Shown: positions 24,886-37,929 of the stretch, in pieces
Layout of the letters: each line of letters starts with the position of its first letter
Numbering within the stretch: position 1 is the stretch's first letter
DNA from: Azolla caroliniana
Taxonomy: Eukaryota; Plantae; Polypodiophyta
Direction of reading: 5' to 3'
Assembly: GCA_043228905.1 (NCBI GenBank)
Contig: JBHGNT010000013.1
Span: 14,074,001-14,138,000, forward strand
Length of the DNA stretch: 64,000 nt
Notes under the pieces: generated by a model
The model's database searches: none
The model's input: only the letters and a program-made list of their open reading frames with translations
Told to the model about the DNA's origin: nothing
Made by a program: the position numbers and the translations under genes

Positions 24886-26191
24886 ATGGCAGGTAAGGGA
24901 CCCAGGTATCAGTCAAAAGATGGATATCATCGAAAGGAAAGTCATCATTCCAAAGATGGTCCCCGTCGTGGAGCATCTCCTGGCCGTCCCTCTGTATCAG
25001 GCTCTTTTCATGCCTCCTCAAGTAAATTAGATCATGATGGATCAAGATCTATGTTGGGCCCTCCTTTGGGTGGTCAGACCCCTCCTATAATGATTGAACA
25101 AAAGCTTGCAATGCAGCATGCTGAAATACAAAGGCTTCTTGGTGAAAATCAGCGTCTTGCCGTGACTCATGTAGCTCTAAGGCAAGAATTCTCGGCAGCG
25201 CAACAAGAAATCATGCGTTTGCATCAAAGCAGACCATTCAGTGATCCAGAGAAGGAGCAGCGCTTTACTATTACACAAGTCGCTCTGAGGCAAGAACTTG
25301 CTGATGCAAAACATGAAGTTAACAGGTTGCAGGAAGCTATAGGTTCTATTCAAAGTGAAAAGGATGAGCATATTCGAATGACTGTTGAAAGGGGGGCTCA
25401 GATAGAGGCTGAATTGAAGGCAGCAGAATCACTTAAACCTAAATTTGATAAGCTGCGATATGAGAGGGATGAGCTTGTGGCCCGTGTTGATCATTTGTCA
25501 GGGGAGGTGAAAAAGCTGCCACAAAAAGATCAGGAGATAGCTGCATTGAAAAGTGAGATTGATGAGCTTCGACAGAGGCACCAGCAAGCTAGGTATGCGT
25601 CATGCCATTTGGAATCTGGTAGTAGTGAGAAAATTGTTAAAATTCAAATATATTGTGAGACAGGATGGATTTTGAGCACCAGAAGAAGATAAATTTAGAT
25701 AGCCTAGAACAAAAGCAGACGATGGAAAAGAACAATTTTACCATGGCCAGAGAAATAGACAAACTACGCGCAGAACTGATGAACATGGAGAGGAAGCTTC
25801 ATAATGCTTATCCAGGTGCATTTCTTATCAAACGTTTTCCTGATACTCGCTTATCAGATAATATAATCAACTGTCTGACACATCTTCGGATACTATCGTT
25901 TTCTAGCACCAAATAATGGCACTGCTCCTGCAGTGCACAACTCTGCACTAACAGCAAGCCCATATGAAAACAAATATGGTGGACAACAGGTTTGTAATTT
26001 TTTAGAGTTATGTTCTAGATTCTTTACAATGGTTTGTTTCATAGAATATCTCAAGAAATATCAGGTGATGATATTGGAGAATATTGATTATGTTATTCAG
26101 GATATAACTAGCTTTCTTTTTTGCAAACAAGAAAATCTTGATATAGTGGAACCAAAAGCATAATGTATTGATATCTTATGATTGTGCGATA

Positions 26192-26227
<36 letters not shown>

Positions 26228-29200
26228 TGTATGTATGTATGTATACATAATATCAGGGCAAACACAAACAGAAAATATATGCATCCCACTGAATGAGCCG
26301 CTAAACCTGAAATTTATAGGTCGTTATGACCTTCTGCTCCCTTTATAATCATTCTTGTGGCATTTCATTCGTATCCAGTTATCCATGAGTAATATAACTT
26401 TATTACTAGAGCAATGTGTGTTTGCACCTTTTATATCAATTGAAATCTCAGAACCACAAATTAATTACAATATCATGTATGTTTATCTAGATCTAAATGA
26501 TGTTGTACACTGCATATTCACGCTTGATTGTAGATTAATTGTAGTGGTCTCTATCTAGTATTTGACATTCTTATATTTCTGCGGTAAATTCAAGTGTAAA
26601 ATTCATTCACTCAACGTTCATCAGGATGTTTCAAAGAGCATAAAACAAATCAAGGAGCCTTCAGAAAGTAAATCTAGTGCGGAAAGCATGAAGTATAGGA
26701 CCGGGGTGGACACATTTCAACCAGGTACGCATACTGCACAGGATAATTTATCTCCGAATTCCCGGTTGGCAGGAGAATGGATGAAACAGTCAGGTCCTAA
26801 TGGAAACTCATTCTACTATAATGCCACAAGTGGTGCAGCACAGTGGAGCAAAACAGCTTTAAATTCTGTCCCTGATCCACATGTGTCATCACATCATAGA
26901 CAGATGCCACTGGCACAAGGCCAAATAGCGCAGAATGCAGGTCCTGAGCATGGGTTACTGCCAACACCACCACCACCACCACTACCACCACCGCAACCGG
27001 TACATCAGCAACCACCATCTTCCCAGCAGGTTCTGTCTCCACCTACCATGCAACAAAGTGGACAACATTCACCGGATGGTGAGTAGCCTTTATAGTACTT
27101 GTTCTTAAAGCTAGATGATATGATCAGGCAACAATATTCCAGAAGCCAAGGCATCTAAGCATCAATATCTGATTGTATAATCACCTACTGTAGCATTCTC
27201 TACTTTATCCTTTTCCCCTGTTTTAAATTGAAATGAAAATTCCTTCATTATCCTGAATTTGTATCCTTCATCAGTTTTACGGAATCAATTCAGAAAACGT
27301 ACATGTTTATATGGGACCAATTTACCCAGTAGAATCACAAAAGAATGAGTTTTTCTTTAGAATTTTGAGATAAAAAAGCGAGGTATGCCCAACCAACAAA
27401 GTCATTCTAATATTTGGTTCAGAAAATGAAAAATGGATGGTGGAACAGTGACTTATAAGTTGCTACAATTCTATTTCCATTCATCTTTTGTGGAATTTCG
27501 GATGAAGAGAACTTATGTATACGAATTATGTTTTGTTTATCCTCATTTATTCTGGTGTTAGGGTAGGTTATGATCTACTATGTCTATACTTAAGTTTAAA
27601 CGCAAAATAATTGTTTGATTTGGATGAAATTAGGGTTTTTATTTGTACTTGTAGATAGAGTCATCACCATGCTTGGTGTGGGTCTCAGAAAAAAGGAAAG
27701 TGGGGATTTTAAATGGTAGTTTAGGATGTAAATTGAAAATAATAATGATAATGATTATGGTGCATGAGTAATCTATCATTGATTGATTGACATCATTAAT
27801 TGCTCTTCTTCACAGGTGTCAATCTTTTAGTACTCGGATTATCAGAAGGGATTAGCGATCGTGATCTAGCTAGTTTGTTTCACCCATATGGAAGTATTCT
27901 GTATGCAAAAGTAACTATGGACACTAAATCTGGATCTGCAGAATATTATGGTAATATACAACTTCCTGTAATAAATACTCATCATGAATAATAAACATAC
28001 AACTTCCTGTAATATTATTTCTATTTTCTCCGGAAGTTTTTGAGCATTGGGTTTGGAAGAGACAAAACTGGGGGAGCCATAAGCTTAAATTCTCTGTTTT
28101 GATAGGAAACAAATTCTCTTGTAGAATATTAACAGCCTCTGTGATAAACTGTGGAATGTCATGCTAGTTATATGCCTTAATCATCATGCCTAATAATTGA
28201 ACAAAAAATAGGGTGGGTAAACATTCACATTTCAATGGAAGCACATGTTTAGAATGTATTCATAGCACATGTAGCCTCTGCCTGGTGTAATATTTTCATA
28301 ACTTATGAATATTGCTTGCTATGTATTTTGACCTCAACGGAAAACTGTACGTGTACATAATTCTGTAGTGTACCTGGGGCAACACAATTCCCTTCAGCAT
28401 AGTCACCATGTTTCTTTGAATAATCACCATGTTTCTGAGGATTTTAATGAATGACTGAACTATTCATTAACTTTAATGCATGAATGAGCTAATTTTTTAA
28501 TGAAATGTCCTTTTTTCCTATGCGTATTAGCTATCCACTGCTGTAATGTCCATATAATGGACAGAGAGGCTTTCACTCTGACTCTTCCACGTCCTTTTTT
28601 GCGGGGATTCTTGTGGCATTAGTATACTGATGTATTCGATTAGCATTGTAGCTTGAAAATTCTCTAAGGATGTGTCCATCTGTATCATCTCCGGATATTT
28701 TGCAGCTGTAAGTTTCATGTATAGAGAGGCGTAAAGACTTGCATCAGGTGGTGTTCATCCAGGGTAGCAGAGAAACCAGGCAGGGTTTCCTCATCTTCCC
28801 ATCTTTGATTTTATCTCAGTGTCATTACTTTGTTTTATGTAGCTGAAGAAGTTATTGGCTATGAACCTTGTATATCCTACTCTTTGTACATCCTGCAGAA
28901 TTAGCTCACATGGCAATTCTGGTGTTGTTTAGATTAGAGGGCATTATATAAACTATAGACAAGTACAATTTTTTTTTGTGTGATTTCTGTACCTACTTTA
29001 TTTCTTTACATCAATATCATTTGAAGAGTTCATGTACTATTTTCAAGATGAAAATATTACTCATGAAATAGAAAGTATTCTTTCTGTTTAAACAATTGGT
29101 GAAAGTAACAGGTGTTTATACTAGGGTTTAATGAATGCTTCAGCATTTTTTTTGTTCGGGCTTTTCTTTCTATGCAGGCGTTGTTACTATGGAAAACCAG

Positions 29201-29413
29201 CAAGTTGCAGAGACTGCAGCAAGTGCTGTTAATGGGATGTTCATCCTTGGAAGACACATCAAAGTGGAGGTACAGACAAAAGAGCAATATGCCCACTCTC
29301 AAAAAGGATATCCTCAACAAGCAATGCAACAAGGCATGATGCAAGGAGTAGGTCCTGTACGGTGGCAGCAACGCTCTGCACCAGCTGCTGGTGGTGGTCG
29401 TTGGCCTTATTAA
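24886..29413 (+). CDS. FLX-family coiled-coil protein fused to WW and C-terminal RRM domains (588 aa predicted)
   Basis: Exons 24886-25592, 25664-25815, 25907-25989, 26625-27078, 27816-27950 and 29178-29413 are all GT-AG and phase-compatible (1767 nt). FLX signature EIQRLLGENQRLAVTHVALRQE...MEKN..TMAREIDKLRAEL; WW GEWMKQSGPNGNSFYYNATSGAAQW; RRM GVNLLVLGL...YYGVVTM...NGMFILGRHIKVEV. Confidence 0.85.
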
Positions 29414-30873
29414 CCTAGTTTAGTTAATCCGTAATCGCAATCCTGGTTTGGTTGAATATGGTAACTGTTCATGAAGAGAGGTCACTTTGTGGTTGTTATC
29501 TTCCCCTTTAATTTTGGATATATTAAATTCATCCAATCAGCATGTAACAACCCTTGTCTTGCAATCAATCCTTGATTTCCAAAAGGATCCTTTTGGTGTT
29601 CTCTAATATTGAGTAAGTTCTGTACGATCACACCCTGTAGAAATATAACGTGTCTATATCTTCTTGGCCAGACCAATTGAAATAAAAAAAGTGTGTAAAT
29701 CAAAATCATAAATTTCATCAAGACAACAAAGGTGTAAATCGATTAGCCAAAGATCATATGTAATAATGTCATGTATGCATTCATATTCCCAAAACTAATG
29801 TTCTAGACTCTAGTGTAGAACTTTTTTTGAATTTTTTCATTCAATGCACAACGCTGCATGTCATTGAGATACTTGATGCATTTTGCTTCAACTACAGGTA
29901 TTCATTATTTTTAACTAAATTAATATCAAGGTTGCTGCTCTAATGATGTAGTATCTTCTTTGGGGAAAGGTACCAAAAAGCCAGCTCAGATTGTCTATGC
30001 TGGTAATAGATCCCTCGTATATTTACGTAAGATATGACCCATCATATGATGAAGACAACATAAAAAAGAATAGATCAATGATTTCAAGAGGAAAATTGAT
30101 GTTAATTAAAAATTGAAGTATTGAATAACAGTAAATGGCATGAACTAATCAGAGGCTTCTGAAATTGAGAACTCACATTCAACTGAAGATATTACCCACT
30201 TCCTCATCTGAAGTTAAGAGTGATGAATTGTTCACCATAACTTCCTGAAGACTAGATTGATGGATGGCAGGGTATGTTATTGGCAGTGCAAAGAGCTAAA
30301 CTACAATAGATTGATTGGAGGATATCTTAATCTCACTGTATATTATGCATGGATTCATGAGATTAAGCTAGCATCAAAACTCTCATGAACGTCTCTGCAC
30401 ATGAGTAGAATAGCTTGGTTTGTTTTACAGGTCTCATGGGTGTCATACACATCTCTTTTTTGCTATTCTTTTGTATGCTAATAAGTCTCATCTTCACCAA
30501 ATCGTTGGCAACTTTGCTCTTATCCTCTTTGAAGTTTTATTATATTTTATTTAAAAAATACTTCCTTGTGAACTTAACTTGCATGAATATTATCGATTAC
30601 TTCACTCAGACTGTTGTATTAAATATTGAGCATTCAGAGAAAGTGGCAAATAATTATAGATTTGGCATTGTAACTCCAGAAGAGAAGCCATAAGGGCTGA
30701 ACATATCCAAGGATCTGCACTTCCTGTACTCACCGACGCTGTAGTGCATACATACGTAATAGGAAACAATAAATTCAATGTAGATTAGTTGCTCCCATTA
30801 GCTGGTTTCAAATTTTCATACAAGAGTTTGGTTTACAAAAATCACCAAGAGAAATCAAATATACATACAATAA

Positions 30874-33800
30874 TCAATGAACATTACATTGCTGCACTAG
30901 AGGATGGGAAAAGTTCACATATTTTTCCCATATGTATTTATACCTATTCATCGCCAGCTTCAACCATGGCTTCATATTTCCATTATAATGCACTACCGCC
31001 CCTGCTTCAATTGCTTGAGGATCAACATTCGGGTCATAACCTAAGCCTAATATATGCAATTCACGATCCAATGGCTCAGTCAAACCATAAAATGTTAGAA
31101 GTCCAGGAGGCAAAGTACCAAGCTTCCAGAGTGTTCTATCCACATTCTGCTCTTGCCAGTGGTGATACCTGCTTGTAACATTTGCCTTTTTCCAAGCCAC
31201 AAGGTCGAATACATTCATTCCAAATGCCCAACCACATGCATCTGGGTCGAAGTTTGCTCGAATCATCGGGTGAGAGAAATTAAGGTATTTATGATATCTG
31301 TGGAATGATTCGAGGCATGTCTCCACAGCACCATTTACATTCCCATTTAACTCTATTGAAAATAATGCTGTGATGTCCTTTTGTACTACCACATCATCAT
31401 CAAGAAAAACCATCTTTTTCAATGCTGGATAGACCTCAGGGATATAGAAACGAAGATGATTCAGCATCGACAAATACTTCGGATTCCGGAACTTCATTGC
31501 ACTTTTTGGATCCTGTGTCCCTTTAAAGTAGTAGCTCTGAGTTTCTGCATCCTGTAATTGCTTTAGAACAGGCACATAGGAAGCATTTAACCATGTATTG
31601 AAGCTATCGATATTCTGAACTTCAACAGTTGCTCCTTTGTACTCATTCATACCAAACCATGCTTGCATGGCCCCAAAGTTAACCTTATCAGTGACCAGAT
31701 GAAACACAAGCTGCTCAGGGTGGTTAGCATTACAAACCGTAGAGTTTACTACGACCGAAGTCGCAAGCACATTATCAGAGAAAATGCAAAAGTGGAACAA
31801 ATTATTGTCTGTGAGCTTAGGAGAATGCATTCTTTTTGCTATAAGATCACGCAGACTAGGATCAGTTGCCCATTCCATTGTAAGTCTGCTTCCTAGGCAG
31901 TACAAACCTTTAGGAACAGCCTCTGCTGCAAGTTGACCAAAGGTCGTGCTCTGTACAGTTGCTGTATTCACTTTTTCCTCCAATGCTTGGATGTGAGCTT
32001 TGAGTTTCATGATCATTGTCGCACTGTCATAATGAAGCTCCTTAGCTTGGTAAAGTAACAAAGATAGTTGTTGCATGACTGGTTCAGCTTCTTTAAGGGT
32101 CAAAGGATAGCTTTGAGTTGCTGATTTTGAGAGCAGCTCCTGGCATGCTCGGATTTGTACACTCAACTCCCAAGCAAATTCAAGATTATTATTCTCTTTT
32201 GCCATAACCACATAAGTCTTTGCCAATGTCAACTGGTCCCCAAGTTGCCTTGTAACAGATCCTACACTAAGCATCTCTTCTGTCAAGTTCATTGTTTCTG
32301 CAGGATCTTGACTGCCTTTGTTCATGATGAGGGACTGCATAATCATCAGACCACAAAGACTTATTAATCATGCATATATTTTACTATTCTCCTTGCAAAC
32401 ATACAGAAACCTGATCGTAAAACATATTGGGAGTAGAAACAAGAGGGTTTATTTGCATTGGTACTTTCTAGTTGCAGCTTGACAGACTTAGTGATTAAAG
32501 CCACCTAAACAAATTTCAATTCCCAAGAATTATACATCATAACTAACTTCTAATCAAGAGACACAAATATCTCATGCTATTATTATTAAGAGGTAAAGAA
32601 ATGAAGTGCAAACATAACTATTAGTTCTCCCTTCAACATTTGAAACTGCTCCATTTTCTATACTACCATCTGGAATAGAGGGATGATTTCCAATAAAAAA
32701 TCCATGCTACATACTTTGCAATTGATTCATAGGATCTAAGAACACAGAGGGGGTGTACATAGCAATGATGAAGTCATTCTATAATATTTCAAGCTGTTTG
32801 ATATAAAGTCATGTCATCTGTATACTGAAACTGCTAATTCATTAAATGATTCATTGTAATTTAAGAGGATTGCATAAACTCAAGAATAGAATCTAGAATC
32901 TTGATACTTGTTCGCTATCTTCTAATTTTATGTTGTGCTCAGTTGATTAAAGTGCATTAGCTCTCTATTCTTATATCAATGTTAAACAAAGATACCAGAT
33001 ACAATCCTTCATATACTCCCATGCTTTAAAGTCACTATGTACAATCATACTTGACGGCTAGTGCAGAGGACGAAATAGTCATTAAATAACAAGGAGTCTC
33101 CCTAACTGTCAATGGTTGAAGTTAGGTCCAACTGAAATTTATACATGGACTGATTGCCTATACATCTGACAAGGTTGACTTTGCAAGCTCACAAAATGCT
33201 TCACGTAGTAAAAGCTACCTGACAAATGGCAACACAGATTAGACACTTTGATCATCATTAGTTTATTGTTGATGGTAGCCAGCAAATAAATCATCATGCA
33301 GTTGTTGATACAAATACTGTATGGCCCACTATCTTAATAATGTTGTAAAGTACATTGGAAAGCTTTCACGGATTGCTCCAGCAATACATGGCAGATGAGA
33401 AAGAGTACGAAAATATCAGCAGCTAAGTGACAAATGGCAATGGTATTCATCATCTGCCATTTCCATTGATGCATATGGTATTCTACCTTTGATAGCTCAG
33501 ATTCAAAATCTTCATAAATAAAATAAGGAATAGTTTTGCTGCAAGATCTACATAAGTTATAGATTGCTTTTTACGTGCAAATCATCAACATATCTCAGAA
33601 TTTGCTCTATCTCTTGGGATTTAAGAATCAAATTATTGACCAGATTTATGGGAGAGTGTAGAGGAGAAATTACAGCAGCAAACAAAAAGCGGAAACTCTT
33701 GGGGAGACTAAATTTTTGCTTTTGAAAACTGGTATGGACATAAATGGACAAAGTGGGGAAGTTTCTACGAAAACGGTGAACTGAATCACAAAACAAATTA

Positions 33801-34372
33801 AACTTCATTCTGAAACTTTGCCAAATTCTCATATTTCAACTGTTCAGATGCTTTCTGTAGCAATTACATTACTAAATTGATTGAGGAAGAAACTGAGTTC
33901 ATCTTAGGGTGCACATCATTGCTTGCATTATTTTTTGTATAAGCAGTGTACAATGATTTCATTCCGTGCAGCTGTACAGATGTACAGCAAAGATGTTCAA
34001 CTATATTGAATGCAATGACAAAAGCACAAAGGTGATACCGGACCTGCTCATTTGCCGAAGATGCGAAAGGGTGATGGTAATGAGCAAATATTGCCAAAAG
34101 CATGAGGGCAATGAGGCCTGCATTATAAAAATAACCACAAATCATTATGAAACACTTCGAGATTTATAGGGACTTAAAAGAATGTCTGAATAATTTTCTC
34201 AGCAACTGATGGTTGTATTACAAAATCATGTATAACTTCGAAACTTCTTACATAATAATACATCATGCAAGAAACAAGGGTCTTTAAAAAGCCAACCTGC
34301 AAAAAGCACAACATAGGCTTGAGTGTAATGCCTCCGTTGTTGGCGCCGTTGCTCAAAGTTTCTATGCCTCAT
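30874..34372 (-). CDS. GAUT10: Galacturonosyltransferase, GT8 family, GAUT10/GAUT11-like (536 aa predicted)
   Basis: Exons 34297-34372, 34044-34117 and 30874-32334 are in phase. Basic N-terminus plus TM helix; motifs FSDNVLA, KFRNPKYLSMLNHLRFYIPE, FLDDD, WKLGTLPPGLL, HYNGNMKPW. Confidence 0.93.
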
Positions 34373-36764
34373 TGTGCAAGGACGTTTGTTTACCACAAGC
34401 ACATCATAAGGACTACCCTTCAGCAAGAATAAGTATTTCTCACAGTGAATGTACCCAGCCTGCAGTCTGACCTGTATTCGAAAAGAAACTGGTTGTTTAT
34501 ATTATATTCAGCAGATATAGGCATTTAAAATAATAAGAAAACAAGAAAACAATAATATGTAGACAATCACATACACATACATACGTGTGTATAAATGTAA
34601 ACATACAATATCCACATTCTCTGGAAAGATGAAGATCATTTCATGAAAAACTATGTGGTTTAATGCAAAGGATCTTATCATTATTTAACATCACAACTGG
34701 CAGCACCTCCAAAGAATTCCTTTCAGGGCACGCTTAGTTCATTGAGTCATCTGTTTGTTTGTTCCCATACACTTTGTATGAGTATCAGTAATAGTAGTAC
34801 TACCTGCTTCTGACCCAAATCATACTACCCATGCTTGATTGTTATCCATCCATTTCCCTTCCATTTATTTCATGCAAAATTTTCATCTTTTGTTTTCCCT
34901 TGTAATTAGACATTGCAACAGATGTCATTAGGATGTAATTTCTTTGGTCTCATTGGTCATTTAAGCTTTTCAAAGACGTTGATATATCATTACATTTTTC
35001 CAACTAGAAGAGATATCTAAGAATCCTTAGGAGAACATGAGGAAAAACCAGCTACTAGACATTTCACATCACCACTTCTCATTTATGCAAATGATACATA
35101 GTTTAGGTAAAATCTACGGTCAGTTACAACCTATTGGATATGATGCATATTTTCTGTGAACATAGTAATTCCATAGCAGTCAACATAGTTAAGACCGAGG
35201 TCATGGTGGTAAACACTGACAAATCAATGATACGTAGTGAACTGTGAAGAGGAGAAAATTGAAGTGGTTTACATTTTTAAATACCTTGGAATCAAAATAT
35301 ATGGTCAACAAGGTCAGAAAATATGTTGGCATATTCTAACGCTATGAATTTGAGAATAAGAGCTGTTTGAGAAGAAACCAAAGATGGAATCTTGGAGGAA
35401 TAGTATTTTATGCATGCATGGGGCAATCTCTGCTATATGGAACTGTGGTTTGGTAAGGCACTATCTCAGCAAGAATATGTAATGAAATGAGAAAATATAA
35501 ACACTCTCTACATTATATTTAGCAATATGAGTCCAACCCTGTATTCTGTAAAGGATACATTGACAGTGATGGACACTGCCTCAAAATCATTTCCCAAAGG
35601 CTGCATGGAAAATTGGATGCGTACTACACAAAACCACAGAAATCAGATCCCTACAGAAGAAAAACCACAAAATCAAATTTGCTTCATCCAGAACATCTGG
35701 AAATGGTTTGCAAGATGGCACGTTGAATATCTAGATGTCATGTAGAGGAAAAGAAAGGGACTGCAGAAAATAAGTCCATGGGGTACTCTGGCACCTTCAA
35801 AGACCTCCATGTGAAATGGAGAAGCCCAACATAGATCTAAATAAAATTAAGTACTATTGCAAACACATGAACATGCAATATTGAGCAGAAAAAGAGAATC
35901 TGTGACCTATGTTGCCTCAATCTACCAGATACAGAATAACATGTCAGTTGGAATGCCTTGCATATAAGGACATTATGCACGATTTTCAGATATTTCTAAA
36001 AAGTTATAATGACTTTAAGGAAGTCATAATAAGGACAGAACCATCACTGACAACATTAGACATGCTCTTTGCTTGTGTAGTGAACCAACGAACCAAACTT
36101 TGGTATAGCCAAACAATAAAACTGAGCAACTAGCTTACTTTCTCTTTTCAGCTTTTACATTTACCTTTTTTCTACCATTTTAAAATCCCCCACCCATACT
36201 GTTGAGGAGAGTGTTTTGTGATAGGTGCTGGACGTCACAGTGGTGCATTGTGGAAGTTAATATCATCATCTACAATGCTTCCTATGTTCCAATGTTAAGA
36301 TCATCATCATCTATAGTATCTCCATTAACTATGGTTTTTGTGTTTCAGCTTGAATAAACCTTAGAAACGCAAAGTTTATTAGAAACATCTGCCCCTCGCC
36401 CTTAATAGTTTAGAATATCAATCCTGAAGGGAAGATCCAACCATTTTATCAGGTTGAACGAGCCTTGGAAAAGGAAAATATTGCTTAACATGTGCATCTT
36501 TCTTTCTATATAAGATTTTGATTACCTACATTGTCTGACTAAAGATCCCATTCAGTTCACACAAGCTCGTCTTGAAAATCGCAAATCTTAGTTACATATT
36601 TATATCGCTCCATTTTCCTCTCTCATGTGGTAACTAACTAGCTATGTTCTCAAGTGAAGATCTATCTTTTGTTTTTGTTTGGTTCCACTTCACCATGTTC
36701 AACAAAACCTAGAAAACGCAAATCGGACTTACATCTCGGCCGCTCTCAGTTGGAAAAAGCGTAC

Positions 36765-36920
36765 CTGCAATCTGATGGCTGCGAGGCGGAGGAGATTCTC
36801 GTCCTGAAGAAGTCAGCAGGAACAGCAGGATGGCTGATCAGCATCAATCAGCAGGGAAATGGGAAAGAGGGGGAGTGAAATGGAGATGGAGATGGAGATG
36901 GAGATGGTAAGGAGTGAGTG
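36765..36920 (-). other. Probable non-coding first exon of the GAUT gene
   Basis: CT-rich (CATCTC)n leader with donor CAG|GTACGC at 36765/36764 (alternative GTAAGT donor at ~36732) and an acceptor near 34472 upstream of the ATG. The outer boundary is approximate. Confidence 0.45.
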
Positions 36921-36987
36921 TGTATTTCTGAGATCTCTCTCTAGTGGTAAGTTTTTTACACTACAAAAGCCACTCCTACTACGTCTT

Positions 36988-37355
36988 GAGTTCGAAACCC
37001 AATTTTACTCACCTCCCTATTATATATGTATATACTCCATACATACATACATCTCTTAATTCACTAGACTGATGCCACTGTAGAATGTAGGGCTTGAACC
37101 CCATGACCTCCTGGTCTCCATTCGGTTTGAAACCTAATTTTACTCACCTCTCGATTATATATATAGTCCATATATATATCTCTTAATTCGCTAGATGATG
37201 CCATTGTGGAATGTAGGGCTTGAAACCCCATGACCATCTCGCCTCCCACCAGAATTGGGCAACCTGGTATTAATTCATGTAGATGATGCCACTGTGGAAT
37301 GTAGGGGTTGAACCCATGACCCCCTGGTCTCCATTAGACAACCTTACCAACTAAG

Positions 37356-37360
<5 letters not shown>
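36988..37360 (-). mobile_element. Three partial copies of a tRNA-derived SINE-like repeat
   Basis: TAGATGATGCCACTGTGGAATGTAGGG.TTGAACCC.ATGACC occurs three times. The reverse complement of the longest copy has an A-box-like AACTTAGTTGG and a B-box GGTTCAACCCC. Confidence 0.55.
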
Positions 37361-37432
<72 letters not shown>

Positions 37433-37929
37433 ACAATAGCAGCGAATTGGGCACTTAAAAAAGGAAGGAGCCGATTAGTAAATAAATACATTAGCTTTAG
37501 TCACGAGTCATTTGGGGGGGGGGGGGGGGGTAGGGGAGGAAAGAGAAGACAAACTCTCTCTCTCTCTCTCTTCCGTAAATAATGGCTTTCATTATGAAAG
37601 AAAAAACACCACCATGACTAACTTACTACAAAGTATAGAACCTCTTCTATCTATGGGATCTAAATACTACTACGACTCCAAACTCAATGCCACCCTACAC
37701 ACCGACTCAAATGACGAATATGATGGTATATGACCTTGCAGAGTTCTCTCTCTTCATGGTTGAGATTTCATGACTTCTGTAGCACTGTGAATTGCCACAA
37801 AAGAAGTCCTTTTAACTTTAGAACATATTTTCTCACCCTAACTTGCGAATCAAAAGTGAAGGCATTCCACATATTCCAATTGAACCATAGTCCCCAATAC
37901 CTCAAGAACTCAATTTTTTTTTGAAAATG

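Noticed and set aside
26562-29413. WW/RRM exons as a separate gene from FLX
   Set aside because: There is no stop after FLX exon 3 in the spliced frame, no separate start or promoter is evident, and the splice phases join exactly.
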